A stretch of 64,000 nucleotides of DNA. Origin: the human T2T-CHM13v2.0 reference genome, Homo sapiens. The stretch lies in the NCBI RefSeq assembly GCF_009914755.1, contig NC_060948.1. One strand, given 5' to 3'. The position numbers and the translations under genes were made by a program. Below the pieces are notes generated by a model that saw only the letters and a program-made list of their open reading frames with translations, did no database searches and had not been told where the DNA came from. The first letter of the stretch is position 1; the number at the start of each line of letters is the position of its first letter. This document shows positions 42,201 to 56,400 of the stretch, one piece after another.

Positions 42201-45200
42201 TGTAAAGGAATGGACTCCAATTGAAAGGGCTCGAAAGGAATGGAGTCAAATGGAATGGTCTGGAATGGAATGAACTCGAATGTAATGCAATCCAATAGAA
42301 TGGAATCGAATGGAATGGAATATAAAGAAATGGAATCGACGAGAATGGAAACAGATGGAATGGAATTGAAAGGAATGGAATTGAATGGAATGGGCACGAA
42401 TGGAATGAAATTGTATGGAATAGAAGAGAATAGAATGGAATGCAATGGATAAGAAAGGAATGGATTGGAATGGAAGGGAATGTAGTGTAATGGACTGGCA
42501 TGGAATAAACTGGAATGCTACGGTCTCAAATGGAATAAAAATGTATGGAATGGAATGCCATGAAACGGAATCGAATGTCATAGAATGTAATGGAATGCAA
42601 AAAAATGGACTCCAAAATCATTGACTGGAAAGGCTGGGTGTCGAAAGGAATTGACTCCAATGGAATGGAATCGAATGGAACGGAAGTGAATAGAATCGAA
42701 CTAAATCGAATGGAATGGAATTGATAGGAACGGAATGGAAAGGAATGGAATGATTTGGCATGGAATGGAATCGAATGGACTCGAATGGAATGGAATGGAA
42801 TGCAATGCAATGGAATGTATTAGAATGTAGTGAACTTTAATGGAATGAACTCGAATGGATTCGACTGGAATGGAATGTTCTGGAAGTGAATGGACTCCAA
42901 TGGAATGGATTCAAAAGGAATGGAATCGAAGGGAATGGAATCTAATGGAATGGAATGAAATGGAAAGGAATCAAATCGAATAGCACGGAATTGAACTGAA
43001 TGGAATCGAATGCAATGGAATCTAATGAAACGGAAAGGAAAGGAATGGAATGGCATGGAATGGGCTGGAATGGAATGGAATCGAAACGAATGGAATGGAA
43101 TCGAACTGAAGAGACTGGAATGGAATGCACTGGCATGGAAGGGAGTTTAATGGAAGGTTCTCGAAAAGACTGGAATCGAATGCAATGGAATTGAATGGAA
43201 CGGATATAGAGTCAAATGGAATTGAATGGAATGGAATGGAGTAGAGTGAAATGGAATCGAGTCACAAGGAATGGACAGGAATAGAACGGTCTCGAATTGA
43301 ATGGAATCGTATGGAATGGAATTCAACGGAATGGAATGGACAGCCACGGAATGGAATGCACTCGAATGCAATGGACTCGAAACTAATGGACTGGAATCGA
43401 ATGGACTCGACTGGTACGGACTCCAATGGAATGGAATCGAATGGAATGGAATCGAACGGAATGAACTCGAAGTGAAAAGAGTGCAATGGAAAGGTCTCGA
43501 ATGGAATGGAAATTAATGGAATGGAATGGAATCGAATGAAATGGAGTCAAAAGGAATGGAATCGAATGGCAAGAAATCGAATGTAATGGAATCACAAGGA
43601 ATGGATGTGAACGGAACGGAATGGAATGGAATCAAAAGGAATGGAATCGAATGGAATGGACTCGAATGGAAATGACTCGAATAGAATGGAATTCAACAAA
43701 ATAGAATCAAATGTAATGGAATGGAATGGAAAGGAATCGAAACGAAAGGAATGGAGACAGATGGAATGGAATGGAACAGAGAGCAATGGTATAGAATGGA
43801 ATGGAATCATATGGAATGGAATTGAATGGAATGGAATAATATGAAATGGAATGGAAAGGAATGGAATGCACTTGAATTAAATGGACTGGAATGGAATGGA
43901 CTCGAACGGAGTGGAATGGAAAGGATTGAAATAGAATGGAATGGACTCCTTTGGAATGGTCTAGTATTCAATGCAAACGACTGGCAGGGAATCAAAAGGA
44001 ATGTAATCGAATGGATTGGACTGGAATACAATGGACTCGAATACGTTGGAAACGGAATGCAATGGAATGGAATGGAATAGTATGCAATGGAACGGAAAGG
44101 AATGAAGTAGAATGGACTAGAGTGGAATGGAATGGACTCGAAAGCAATGGACTGGAATGGAACGATCTTGAATGGACCGGAATCAAACGGAACGGAATGC
44201 AATGCAAGGCAATCAAATGGAATGGAATAAAAGAGAATGAAAGAGAATCAAATGCAATTGAATCGAATGGAATCGAATGGATTGGAAAGGAATAGAATGG
44301 AATGGAATGGAATTGACTCAAATGGAATGGACTAGAACGGAATGGAGTCGAATGGAAGGCAAAGGAATGGAATCTATTGGAATGGACTGTAATGGAATGG
44401 CATGGAAGGGATTGGAATGGACTCGAATGGAAAGGACTGCAATAGAAAGGATTCGAATGGAATGAAAAAGAATTGAATGGAATAGAACAGAATGGAATCA
44501 AATCGAATGAAATGGAATGGAATAGAAAGGAATGGAATGAAATGGAATGGAAAGGATTCAAATGGAATGCAATCGAATGGAATGCAATCGAATGGAATGG
44601 AATCGAACGGAATGGAATAAAATGGAAGGAAACTGGCAAGAAATGGAATCGAAATGAATGGAGTGTTATGGAACGGACTCCAAAGGAATTGAATGTAATA
44701 GAATGGAGTGGAGTGGACTCGAATATAATGGACTGGAATGGAATGGAATCACATGGAATGGGAACGAATGGAATGGAATGGAAAGGAATGGAATCGAATG
44801 GAAAGGAATCAAATGGAAGGGAATGAAATTGAATCAACAGGAATGGAAGGGAATAGAATAGACTGTAATGGAATGGACTCGAATAGAATGGACACGAATG
44901 CTCAAATTGGATGGACTCGAATGGAATGGAAACGAAAGGAATGTCATCGAATGGAATTGAATCGATTGGAATGAAATGGCATAGAATGGAGTGGAATGAA
45001 ATGGAATTGAATCGAAAGGAAAGGAAGCGAATGGACTGAAATGAAATGGAATGGAATTGAATGGAAAGTAATGCAATGGAATAGAATGGAACGAAATTTC
45101 ACGGAATGGAATCAAACAGAATGGAATCAAATCAATGGAATATAATCAAATGGAATGGAATGGAATGGAAAGGAATTGAATGGAATAGATTGGATAGGAA

Positions 45201-46354
45201 GGGATTGGAATGCAATGGAATGGAAAGGACTCGAATTTCATGAAACGGAATGGAATGAATTGGAATGGAATGGACTCGAATGGAATGGAATGTCATGGAA
45301 TGGCATCAAATGGAATGGAATCAAATGGAATGGCATCGAATGCAATGGAATGTTATGGAATGGAATGGAATGTATTGGAATGGAATGTCCTCTAATGGAA
45401 TGGATTCGAGTGGAATGGAATCGAATATAATGGAGTCGAATGAAATGGAATTGAAAGGAATGGGATCGAATAGAATGGAATATACTGGAATGTAATGTAA
45501 TGAAGTCGAATGTAATTGACTGGAATGGAATGTACATGAATGGAATGTAATCGAATGGAAAGTAATCCAATGAAATAGAATCTAATGCAATAAAACCGAC
45601 TCAAATGGAATAGAATGTAATGGAATGGAGTGCAGTGCAATGGAATGGAATGGAATGGAATGGAATGGAGTGGAATGGAATGGAATGGGATGGAATGGTA
45701 TGGAATGGATAGTAAAGGACTGGAGTGAAATGGACTGTAAAGGAATGGACTCCAATTGAAAGGGCTCGAAAGGAATGGAGTCAAATGGAATGGTCTGGAA
45801 TGGAATGAACTCGAATGTAATGCAATCCAATAGAATGGAATCGAATGGAATGGAATATAAAGAAATGGAATCGACGAGAATGGAAACAGATGGAATGGAA
45901 TTGAAAGGAATGGAATTGAATGGAATGGGCACGAATGGAATGAAATTGTATGGAATAGAAGAGAATAGAATGGAATGCAATGGATAAGAAAGGAATGGAT
46001 TGGAATGGAAGGGAATGTAGTGTAATGGACTGGCATGGAATAAACTGGAATGCTACGGTCTCAAATGGAATAAAAATGTATGGAATGGAATGCCATGAAA
46101 CGGAATCGAATGTCATAGAATGTAATGGAATGCAAAAAAATGGACTCCAAAATCATTGACTGGAAAGGCTGGGTGTCGAAAGGAATTGACTCCAATGGAA
46201 TGGAATCGAACGGATTGGAAGTGAATAGAATCGAACTAAATCGAATGGAATGGAATTGATAGGAACGGAATGGAAAGGAATGGAATGATTTGGCATGGAA
46301 TGGAATCGAATGGACTCGAATGGAATGGAATGGAATGCAATGCAATGGAATGTA
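39285..46354 (+). repeat. Two near-identical 3535-bp monomers (E-type: U12 39285-42819, U13 42820-46354)
   Basis: No length alternation. The units differ at only a few sites (39643, 41853, 42681, 46211-46215), and identity continues into U14 to about 47480. Confidence 0.85.
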
Positions 46355-49300
46355 TTAGAATGTAGTGAACTTTAATGGAATGAACTCGAATGGATTCGAC
46401 TGGAATGGAATGTTCTGGAAGTGAATGGACTCCAATGGAATGGATTCAAAAGGAATGGAATCGAAGGGAATGGAATCTAATGGAATGGAATGAAATGGAA
46501 AGGAATCAAATCGAATAGCACGGAATTGAACTGAATGGAATCGAATGCAATGGAATCTAATGAAACGGAAAGGAAAGGAATGGAATGGCATGGAATGGGC
46601 TGGAATGGAATGGAATCGAAACGAATGGAATGGAATCGAACTGAAGAGACTGGAATGGAATGCACTGGCATGGAAGGGAGTTTAATGGAAGGTTCTCGAA
46701 AAGACTGGAATCGAATGCAATGGAATTGAATGGAACGGATATAGAGTCAAATGGAATTGAATGGAATGGAATGGAGTAGAGTGAAATGGAATCGAGTCAC
46801 AAGGAATGGACAGGAATAGAACGGTCTCGAATTGAATGGAATCGTATGGAATGGAATTCAACGGAATGGAATGGACAGCCACGGAATGGAATGCACTCGA
46901 ATGCAATGGACTCGAAACTAATGGACTGGAATCGAATGGACTCGACTGGTACGGACTCCAATGGAATGGAATCGAATGGAATGGAATCGAACGGAATGAA
47001 CTCGAAGTGAAAAGAGTGCAATGGAAAGGTCTCGAATGGAATGGAAATTAATGGAATGGAATGGAATCGAATGAAATGGAGTCAAAAGGAATGGAATCGA
47101 ATGGCAAGAAATCGAATGTAATGGAATCACAAGGAATGGATGTGAACGGAACGGAATGGAATGGAATCAAAAGGAATGGAATCGAATGGAATGGACTCGA
47201 ATGGAAATGACTCGAATAGAATGGAATTCAACAAAATAGAATCAAATGTAATGGAATGGAATGGAAAGGAATCGAAACGAAAGGAATGGAGACAGATGGA
47301 ATGGAATGGAACAGAGAGCAATGGTATAGAATGGAATGGAATCATATGGAATGGAATTGAATGGAATGGAATAATATGAAATGGAATGGAAAGGAATGGA
47401 ATGCACTTGAATTAAATGGACTGGAATGGAATGGACTCGAACGGAGTGGAATGGAAAGGATTGAAATAGAATGGAATGGACTCTTTTGGAATGGTCTAGT
47501 ATGCAATGCAAACGACTGGCAGGGAACCAAAAGGAATGTAATCGAATGGATTGGACTGGAATACAATGGACTCGAATACGTTGGAAACGGAATGCAATGG
47601 AATGGAATGGAATAGTATGGAATGGAACGGAAAGGAATGAAGTAGAAAGGACTAGAGTGGAATGGAATGGACTCGAAAGCAATGGACTGGAATGGAACGA
47701 TCTTGAATGGACCGGAATCAAACGGAACGGAATGCAATGCAAGGCAATCAAATGGAATGGAATAAAAGAGAATGAAAGAGAATCAAATGCAATTGAATCG
47801 AATGGAATCGAATGGATTGGAAAGGAATAGAATGGAATGGAATGGAATTGACTCAAATGGAATGGACTAGAACGGAATGGAGTCGAATGGAAGGCAAAGG
47901 AATGGAATCTATTGGAATGGACTGTAATGGAATGGCATGGAAGGGATTGGAATGGACTCGAATGGAAAGGACTGCAATAGAAAGGATTCGAATGGAATGA
48001 AAAAGAATTGAATGGAATAGAACAGAATGGAATCAAATCGAATGAAATGGAATGGAATAGAAAGGAATGGAATGAAATGGAATGGAAAGGATTCAAATGG
48101 AATGCAATCGAATGGAATGCAATCGAATGGAATGGAATCAAACGGAATGGAATAAAATGGAAGGAAACTGGCAAGAAATGGAATCGAAATGAATGGAGTG
48201 TTATGGAACGGACTCCAAAGGAATTGAATGTAATAGAATGTAGTGGAGAGGACTCGAATATTATGGACTGGAATGGAATGGAATCACATGGAATGGGAAC
48301 GAATGGAATGGAATGGAAAGGAATGGAATCGAATGGAAAGGAATCGAATGGAAGGGAATGAAATTGAATCAACAGGAATGGAAGGGAATAGAATGGACTG
48401 TAATGGAATGGACTCGAATAGAATGGACACGAATGCTCAAATTGGATGGACTCGAATGGAATGGAAACGAAAGGAATGTCATCGAATGGAATTGAATCGA
48501 TTGGAATGAAATGGCATAGAATGGAGTGGAATGAAATGGAATTGAATCGAAAGGAAAGGAAGTGAATGGACTGAAATGAAATGGAATGGAATTGAATGGA
48601 AAGTAATGCAATGGAATAGAATGGAACGAAATTTCACGGAATGGAATCAAACAGAATGGAATCAAATCAATGGAATATAATCAAATGGAATGGAATGGAA
48701 TGGAAAGGAATTGAATGGAATAGATTGGATAGGAAGGGATTGGAATGCAATGGAATGGAAAGGACTCGAATTTCATGAAACGGAATGGAATGAATTGGAA
48801 TGGAATGGACTCGAATGGAATGGAATGTCATGGAATGGCATCAAATGGAATGGAATCAAATGGAATGGCATCGAATGCAATGGAATGTTATGGAATGGAA
48901 TGGAATGTATTGGAATGGAATGTCCTCTAATGGAATGGATTCGAGTGGAATGGAATCGAATATAATGAAGTCGAATGAAATGGAATTGAAAGTAATGGGA
49001 TCGAATAGAATGGAATATACTGGAATGTAATGTAATGAAGTCGAATGTAATTGACTGGAATGGAATGTACATGAATGGAATGTAATCGAATGGAAAGTAA
49101 TCCAATGAAATAGAATCTAATGCAATAAAACCGACTCAAATGTAATAGAATGTAATGGAATGGAGTGCAGTGCAATGGAATGGAATGGAATGGAATGCAA
49201 AGGAGTGGAATGGAATGGAATGGGATGGAATGGTATGGTATGGATAGTAAAGGACTGGAGTGAAATGGACTGTAAAGGAATGGACTCCAATTGAAAGGGC

Positions 49301-52300
49301 TCGAAAGGAATGGAGTCAAATGGAATGGTCTGGAATGGAATGAACTCGAATGTAATGCAATCCAATAGAATGGAATCGAATGGAATGGAATATAAAGAAA
49401 TGGAATCGACGAGAATGGAAACAGATGGAATGGAATTGAAAGGAATGGAATTGAATGGAATGGGCACGAATGGAATGAAATTGTATGGAATAGAAGAGAA
49501 TAGAATGGAATGCAATGGATAAGAAAGGAATGGATTGGAATGGAAGGGAATGTAGTGTAATGGACTGGCATGGAATAAACTGGAATGCTACGGTCTCAAA
49601 TGGAATAAAAATGTATGGAATGGAATGCCATGAAACGGAATCGAATGTCATAGAATGTAATGGAATGCAAAAAAATGGACTCCAAAATCATTGACTGGAA
49701 AGGCTGGGTGTCGAAAGGAATTGACTCCAATGGAATGGAATCGAATGGAATGGAAGTGAATAGAATCGAACTAAATCGAATGGAATGGAATTGATAGGAA
49801 CGGAATGGAAAGGAATGGAATGATTTGGCATGGAATGGAATCGAATGGACTCGAATGGAATGGAATGGAATGCAATGCAATGGAATGTATTAGAATGTAG
49901 TGAACTTTAATGGAATGAACTCGAATGGATTCGACTGGAATGGAATGTTCTGGAAGTGAATGGACTCCAATGGAATGGATTCAAAAGGAATGGAATCGAA
50001 GGGAATGGAATCTAATGGAATGGAATGAAATGGAAAGGAATCAAATCGAATAGCACGGAATTGAACTGAATGGAATCGAATGCAATGGAATCTAATGAAA
50101 CGGAAAGGAAAGGAATGGAATGGCATGGAATGGGCTGGAATGGAATGGAATCGAAACGAATGGAATGGAATCGAACTGAAGAGACTGGAATGGAATGCAC
50201 TGGCATGGAAGGGAGTTTAATGGAAGGTTCTCGAAAAGACTGGAATCGAATGCAATGGAATTGAATGGAACGGATATAGAGTCAAATGGAATTGAATGGA
50301 ATGGAATGGAGTAGAGTGAAATGGAATCGAGTCACAAGGAATGGACAGGAATAGAACGGTCTCGAATTGAATGGAATCGTATGGAATGGAATTCAACGGA
50401 ATGGAATGGACAGCCACGGAATGGAATGCACTCGAATGCAATGGACTCGAAACTAATGGACTGGAATCGAATGGACTCGACTGGTACGGACTCCAATGGA
50501 ATGGAATCGAATGGAATGGAAACGAACGGAATGAACTCGAAGTGAAAAGAGTGCAATGGAAAGGTCTCGAATGGAATGGAAATTAATGGAATGGAATGGA
50601 ATCGAATGAAATGGAGTCAAAAGGAATGGAATCGAATGGCAAGAAATCGAATGTAATGGAATCACAAGGAATGGATGTGAACGGAACGGAATGGAATGGA
50701 ATCAAAAGGAATGGAATCGAATGGAATGGACTCGAATGGAAATGACTCGAATAGAATGGAATTCAACAAAATAGAATCAAATGTAATGGAATGGAATGGA
50801 AAGGAATCGAAACGAAAGGAATGGAGACAGATGGAATGGAATGGAACAGAGAGCAATGGTATAGAATGGAATGGAATCATATGGAATGGAATTGAATGGA
50901 ATGGAATAATATGAAATGGAATGGAAAGGAATGGAATGCACTTGAATTAAATGGACTGGAATGGAATGGACTCGAACGGAGTGGAATGGAAAGGATTGAA
51001 ATAGAATGGAATGGACTCCTTTGGAATGGTCTAGTATGCAATGCAAACGACTGGCAGGGAATCAAAAGGAATGTAATCGAATGGATTGGACTGGAATACA
51101 ATGGACTCGAATACGTTGGAAACGGAATGCAATGGAATGGAATGGAATAGTATGGAATGGAACGGAAAGGAATGAAGTAGAAAGGACTAGAGTGGAATGG
51201 AATGGACTCGAAAGCAATGGACTGGAATGGAACGATCTTGAATGGACCGGAATCAAACGGAACGGAATGCAATGCAAGGCAATCAAATGGAATGGAATAA
51301 AAGAGAATGAAAGAGAATCAAATGCAATTGAATCGAATGGAATCGAATGGATTGGAAAGGAATAGAATGGAATGGAATGGAATTGACTCAAATGGAATGG
51401 ACTAGAACGGAATGGAGTCGAATGGAAGGCAAAGGAATGGAATCTATTGGAATGGACTGTAATGGAATGGCATGGAAGGGATTGGAATGGACTCGAATGG
51501 AAAGGACTGCAATAGAAAGGATTCGAATGGAATGAAAAAGAATTGAATGGAATAGAAGAGAATGGAATCAAATCGAATGAAATGGAATGGAATAGAAAGG
51601 AACGGAATGAAATGGAATGGAAAGGATTCAAATGGAATGCAATCGAATGAAATGCAATCGAATGAAATGGAATCGAACGGAATAGAATAAAATGGAAGGA
51701 AACTGGCAAGAAATGGAATCGAAATGAATGGAGTGTTATGGAACGGACTCCAAAGGAATTGAATGTAATAGAATGGAGTGGAGTGGACTCGAATATAACG
51801 GACTGGAATGGAATGGAATCACATGGAATGGGAACGAATGGAATGGAATGGAAAGGAATGGAATCGAATGGAAAGGAATCAAATGGAAGGGAATGAAATT
51901 GAATCAACAGGAATGGAAGGGAATAGAATAGACTGTAATGGAATGGACTCGAATAGAATGGACACGAATGCTCAAATTGGATGGACTCGAATGGAATGGA
52001 AACGAAAGGAATGTCATCGAATGGAATTGAATCGATTGGAATGAAATGGCATAGAATGGAGTGGAATGAAATGGAATTGTATCGAAAGGAAAGGAAGCGA
52101 ATGGACTGAAATGAAATGGAATGGAATTGAATGGAAAGTAATGCAATGGAATAGAATGGAACGAAATTTCACGGAATGGAATCAAAGAGAATGGAATCAA
52201 ATCAATGAAATATAATCAAATGGAATGGAATGGAATGGAAAGGAATTGAATGGAATAGATTGGATAGGAAGGGATTGGAATGCAATGGAATGGAAAGGAC

Positions 52301-53409
52301 TCGAATTTCATGAAACGGAATGGAATGAATTGGAATGGAATGGACTCGAATGGAATGGAATGTCATGGAATGGCATCAAATGGAATGGCATCGAATGCAA
52401 TGGAATGTTATGGAATGGAATGGAATGTATTGGAATGGAATGTCCTCTAATGGAATGGATTCGAGTGGAATGGAATCGAATGTAATGGAGTCGAATGAAA
52501 TGGAATTGAAAGGAATGGGATCGAATAGAATGGAATATACTGGAATGTAATGTAATGAAGTCGAATGTAATTGACTGGAATGGAATGTACATGAATGGAA
52601 TGTAATCGAATGGAAAGTAATCCAATGAAATAGAATCTAATGCAATAAAACCGACTCAAATGGAATAGAATGTAATGGAATGGAGTGCAGTGCAATGGAA
52701 TGGAATGGAATGGAATGCAATGGAGTGGAATGGAATGGAATGGGATGGAATGGTATGGAATGGATAGTAAAGGACTGGAGTGAAATGGACTGTAAAGGAA
52801 TGGACTCCAATTGAAAGGGCTCGAAAGGAATGGAGTCAAATGGAATGGTCTGGAATGGAATGAACTCGAATGTAATGCAATCCAATAGAATGGAATCGAA
52901 TGGAATGGAATATAAAGAAATGGAATCGACGAGAATGGAAACAGATGGAATGGAATTGAAAGGAATGGAATTGAATGGAATGGGCATGAATGGAATGAAA
53001 TTGTATGGAATAGAAGAGAATAGAATGGAATGCAATGGATAAGAAAGGAATGGATTGGAATGGAAGGGAATGTAGTGTAATGGACTGGCATGGAATAAAC
53101 TGGAATGCTACGGTCTCAAATGGAATAAAAATGTATGGAATGGAATGCCATGAAACGGAATCGAATGTCATAGAATGTAATGGAATGCAAAAAAATGGAC
53201 TCCAAAATCATTGACTGGAAAGGCTGGGTGTCGAAAGGAATTGACTCCAATGGAATGGAATCGAATGGAATGGAAGTGAATAGAATCGAACTAAATCGAA
53301 TGGAATGGAATTGATAGGAACGGAATGGAAAGGAATGGAATGATTTGGCATGGAATGGAATCGAATGGACTCGAATGGAATGGAATGGAATGCAATGCAA
53401 TGGAATGTA
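46355..53409 (+). repeat. Older diverged monomers U14 (3535 bp, 46355-49889) and U15 (3520 bp, 49890-53409)
   Basis: Many private substitutions. Both carry the AGTAGAAAGG variant (~47648, ~51183). U15 lacks 15 bp near 52381. Confidence 0.85.
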
Positions 53410-56400
53410 TTAGAATGTAGTGAACTTTAATGGAATGAACTCGAATGGATTCGACTGGAATGGAATGTTCTGGAAGTGAATGGACTCCAATGGAATGGAT
53501 TCCAAAGGAATGGAATCGAAGGGAATGGAATCTAATGGAATGGAATGAAATGGAAAGGAATCCAATCGAATAGCACGGAATTGAATTGAATGGAATCGAA
53601 TGCAATGGAATCTAATGAAACGGAAAGGAAAGGAACGGAATGGCATGGAATGGGCTGGAATGGAATGGAATCGAAACGAATGGAATGGAATCGAACTGAA
53701 GAGACTGGAATGGAATGCACTGGCATGGAAGGGAGTTTAATGGAAGGTTCTCGAAAAGACTGGAATCGAATGGAATGGAATTGAATGGAACGGATATAGA
53801 GTCAAATGGAATTGAATGGAATGGAATGGAGTAGAGTGAAATGGAATCGAGTCACAAGGAATGGACAGGAATAGAACGGTCTCGAATTGAATGGAATCGT
53901 ATGGAATGGAATTCAACGGAATGGAATGGACAGCCACGGAATGGAATGCACTCGAATGCAATGGACTCGAAACTAATGGACTGGAATCGAATGGACTCGA
54001 CTGGTACGGACTCCAATGGAATGGAATCGAATGGAATGGAATCGAACGGAATGGACTCGAAGTGAAAAGAGTGCAATGGAAAGGTCTCGAATGGAATGGA
54101 AATTAATGGAATGGAATGGAATCGAATGAAATGGAGTCAAAAGGAATGGAATCGAATGGCAAGAAATCGAATGTAATGGAATCACAAGGAATGGATGTGA
54201 ACGGAACGGAATGGAATGGAATCAAAAGGAATGGAATCGAATGGAATGGACTCGAATGGAAATGACTCGAATAGAATGGAATTCAACAAAATAGAATCAA
54301 ATGTAATGGAATGGAATGGAAAGGAATCGAAACGAAAGGAATGGAGACAGATGGAATGGAATGGAACAGAGAGCAATGGTATAGAATGGAATGGAATCAT
54401 ATGGAATGGAATTGAATGGAATGGAATAATATGAAATGGAATGGAAAGGAATGGAATGCACTTGAATTAAATGGACTGGAATGGAATGGACTCGAACGGA
54501 GTGGAATGGAAAGGATTGAAATAGAATGGAATGGACTCCTTTGGAATGGTCTAGTATGCAATGCAAACGACTGGCAGGGAATCTAAAGGAATGTAATCGA
54601 ATGGATTGGACTGGAATCAATGGACTCGAATACATTGGAAACGGAATGCAATGGAATGGAATGGAATAGTATGGAATGGAACGGAAAGGAATGAAGTAGA
54701 ATGGACTAGAGTGGAATGGAATGGACTCGAAAACAATGGACTGGAATGGAACGATCTTGAATGGACCGGAATCAAACGGAAAGGAATGCAATGCAAGGCA
54801 ATGAAATGGAATGGAATAAAAGAGAATGAAAGAGAATCAAATGCAATTGAATCGAATGGAATCGAATGGATTGGAAAGGAATAGAATGGAATGGAATGGA
54901 ATTGACTCAAATGGAATGGACTAGAATGGAATGGAGTCGAATGGAAGGCAAAGGAATGGAATCTATTGGAATGGACTGTAATGGAATGGCATGGAAGGGA
55001 TTGGAATGGACTCGAATGGAAAGGACTGCAATAGAAAGGATTCGAATGGAATGAAAAAGAATTGAATGGAATAGAACAGAATGGAATCAAATCGAATGAA
55101 ATGGTATGGAATAGAAAGGAATGGAATGAAACGGAATGGAAAGGATTCAAATGGAATGCAATCGAATGGAATGCAATCGAATGGAATGGAATCGAACGGA
55201 ATGGAATAAAATGGAAGGAAACTGGCAAGAAATGGAATCGAAATGAATGCAGTTTTATGGAACGGACTCCAAAGGAATTGAATGTAATAGAATGGAGTGG
55301 AGTGGACTCGAATATAATGGACTGGATTGGAATGGAATCACATGGAATGGGAACGAATGGAATGGAATGGAAAGGAATGGAATCGAATGGATAGGAATCA
55401 AATGGAAGGGAATGAAATTGAATCAACCGGAATGGAAGGGAATAGAATAGACTGTAATGGAATGGACTCGAATAGAATGGACACGAATGCTCAAATTGGA
55501 TGGACTCGAATGGAATGGAAACGAAAGGAATGTCATCGAATGGAATTGAATCGATTGGAATGAAATGGCATAGAATGGATTGGAATGAAATGGAATTGAA
55601 TCGAAAGGAAAGGAAGCGAATGGACTGAAATGAAATGGAATGGAATTGAATGGAAAGTAATGCAATGGAATAGAATGGAACGAAATTTCACGGAATGGAA
55701 TCAAACAGAATGGAATCAAATCAATGGAATATAATCAAATGGAATGGAATGGAATGGAAAGGAATTGAATGGAATAGATTGGATAGGAAGGGATTGGAAT
55801 GCAATGGAATGGAAAGGACTCGAATTTCATGAAACGGAATGGAATGAATTGGAATGGAATGGACTCGAATGGAATGGAATGTCATGGAATGGCATCAAAT
55901 GGAATGGAATCAAATGGAATGGCATCGAATGCAATGGAATGTTATGGAATGGAATGGAATGTATTGGAATGGAATGTCCTCTAATGGAATGGATTCGAGT
56001 GGAATGGAATCGAATATAATGGAGTCGAATGAAATGGAATTGAAAGGAATGGGATCGAATAGAATGGAATATACTGGAATGTAATGTAATGAAGTCGAAT
56101 GTAATTGACTGGAATGGAATGTACATGAATGGAATGTAATCGAATAGAAAGTAATCCAATGAAATAGAATCTAATGCAATAAAACCGACTCAAATGGAAT
56201 AGAATGTAATGGAATGGAGTGCAGTGCAATGGAATGGAATGGAATGGAATGCAATGGAGTGGAATGGAATGGAATGGGATGGAATGGTATGGAATGGATA
56301 GTAAAGGACTGGAGTGAAATGGACTGTAAAGGAATGGACTCCAATTGAAAGGGCTCGAAAGGAATGGAGTCAAATGGAATGGTCTGGAATGGAATGAACT

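Noticed and set aside
47242-48372. Longest ORF, 376 aa on the minus strand
   Set aside because: It is the usual 281-aa satellite frame extended because one private substitution (47527) removes a stop. The content is low-complexity FHSIP repeats.
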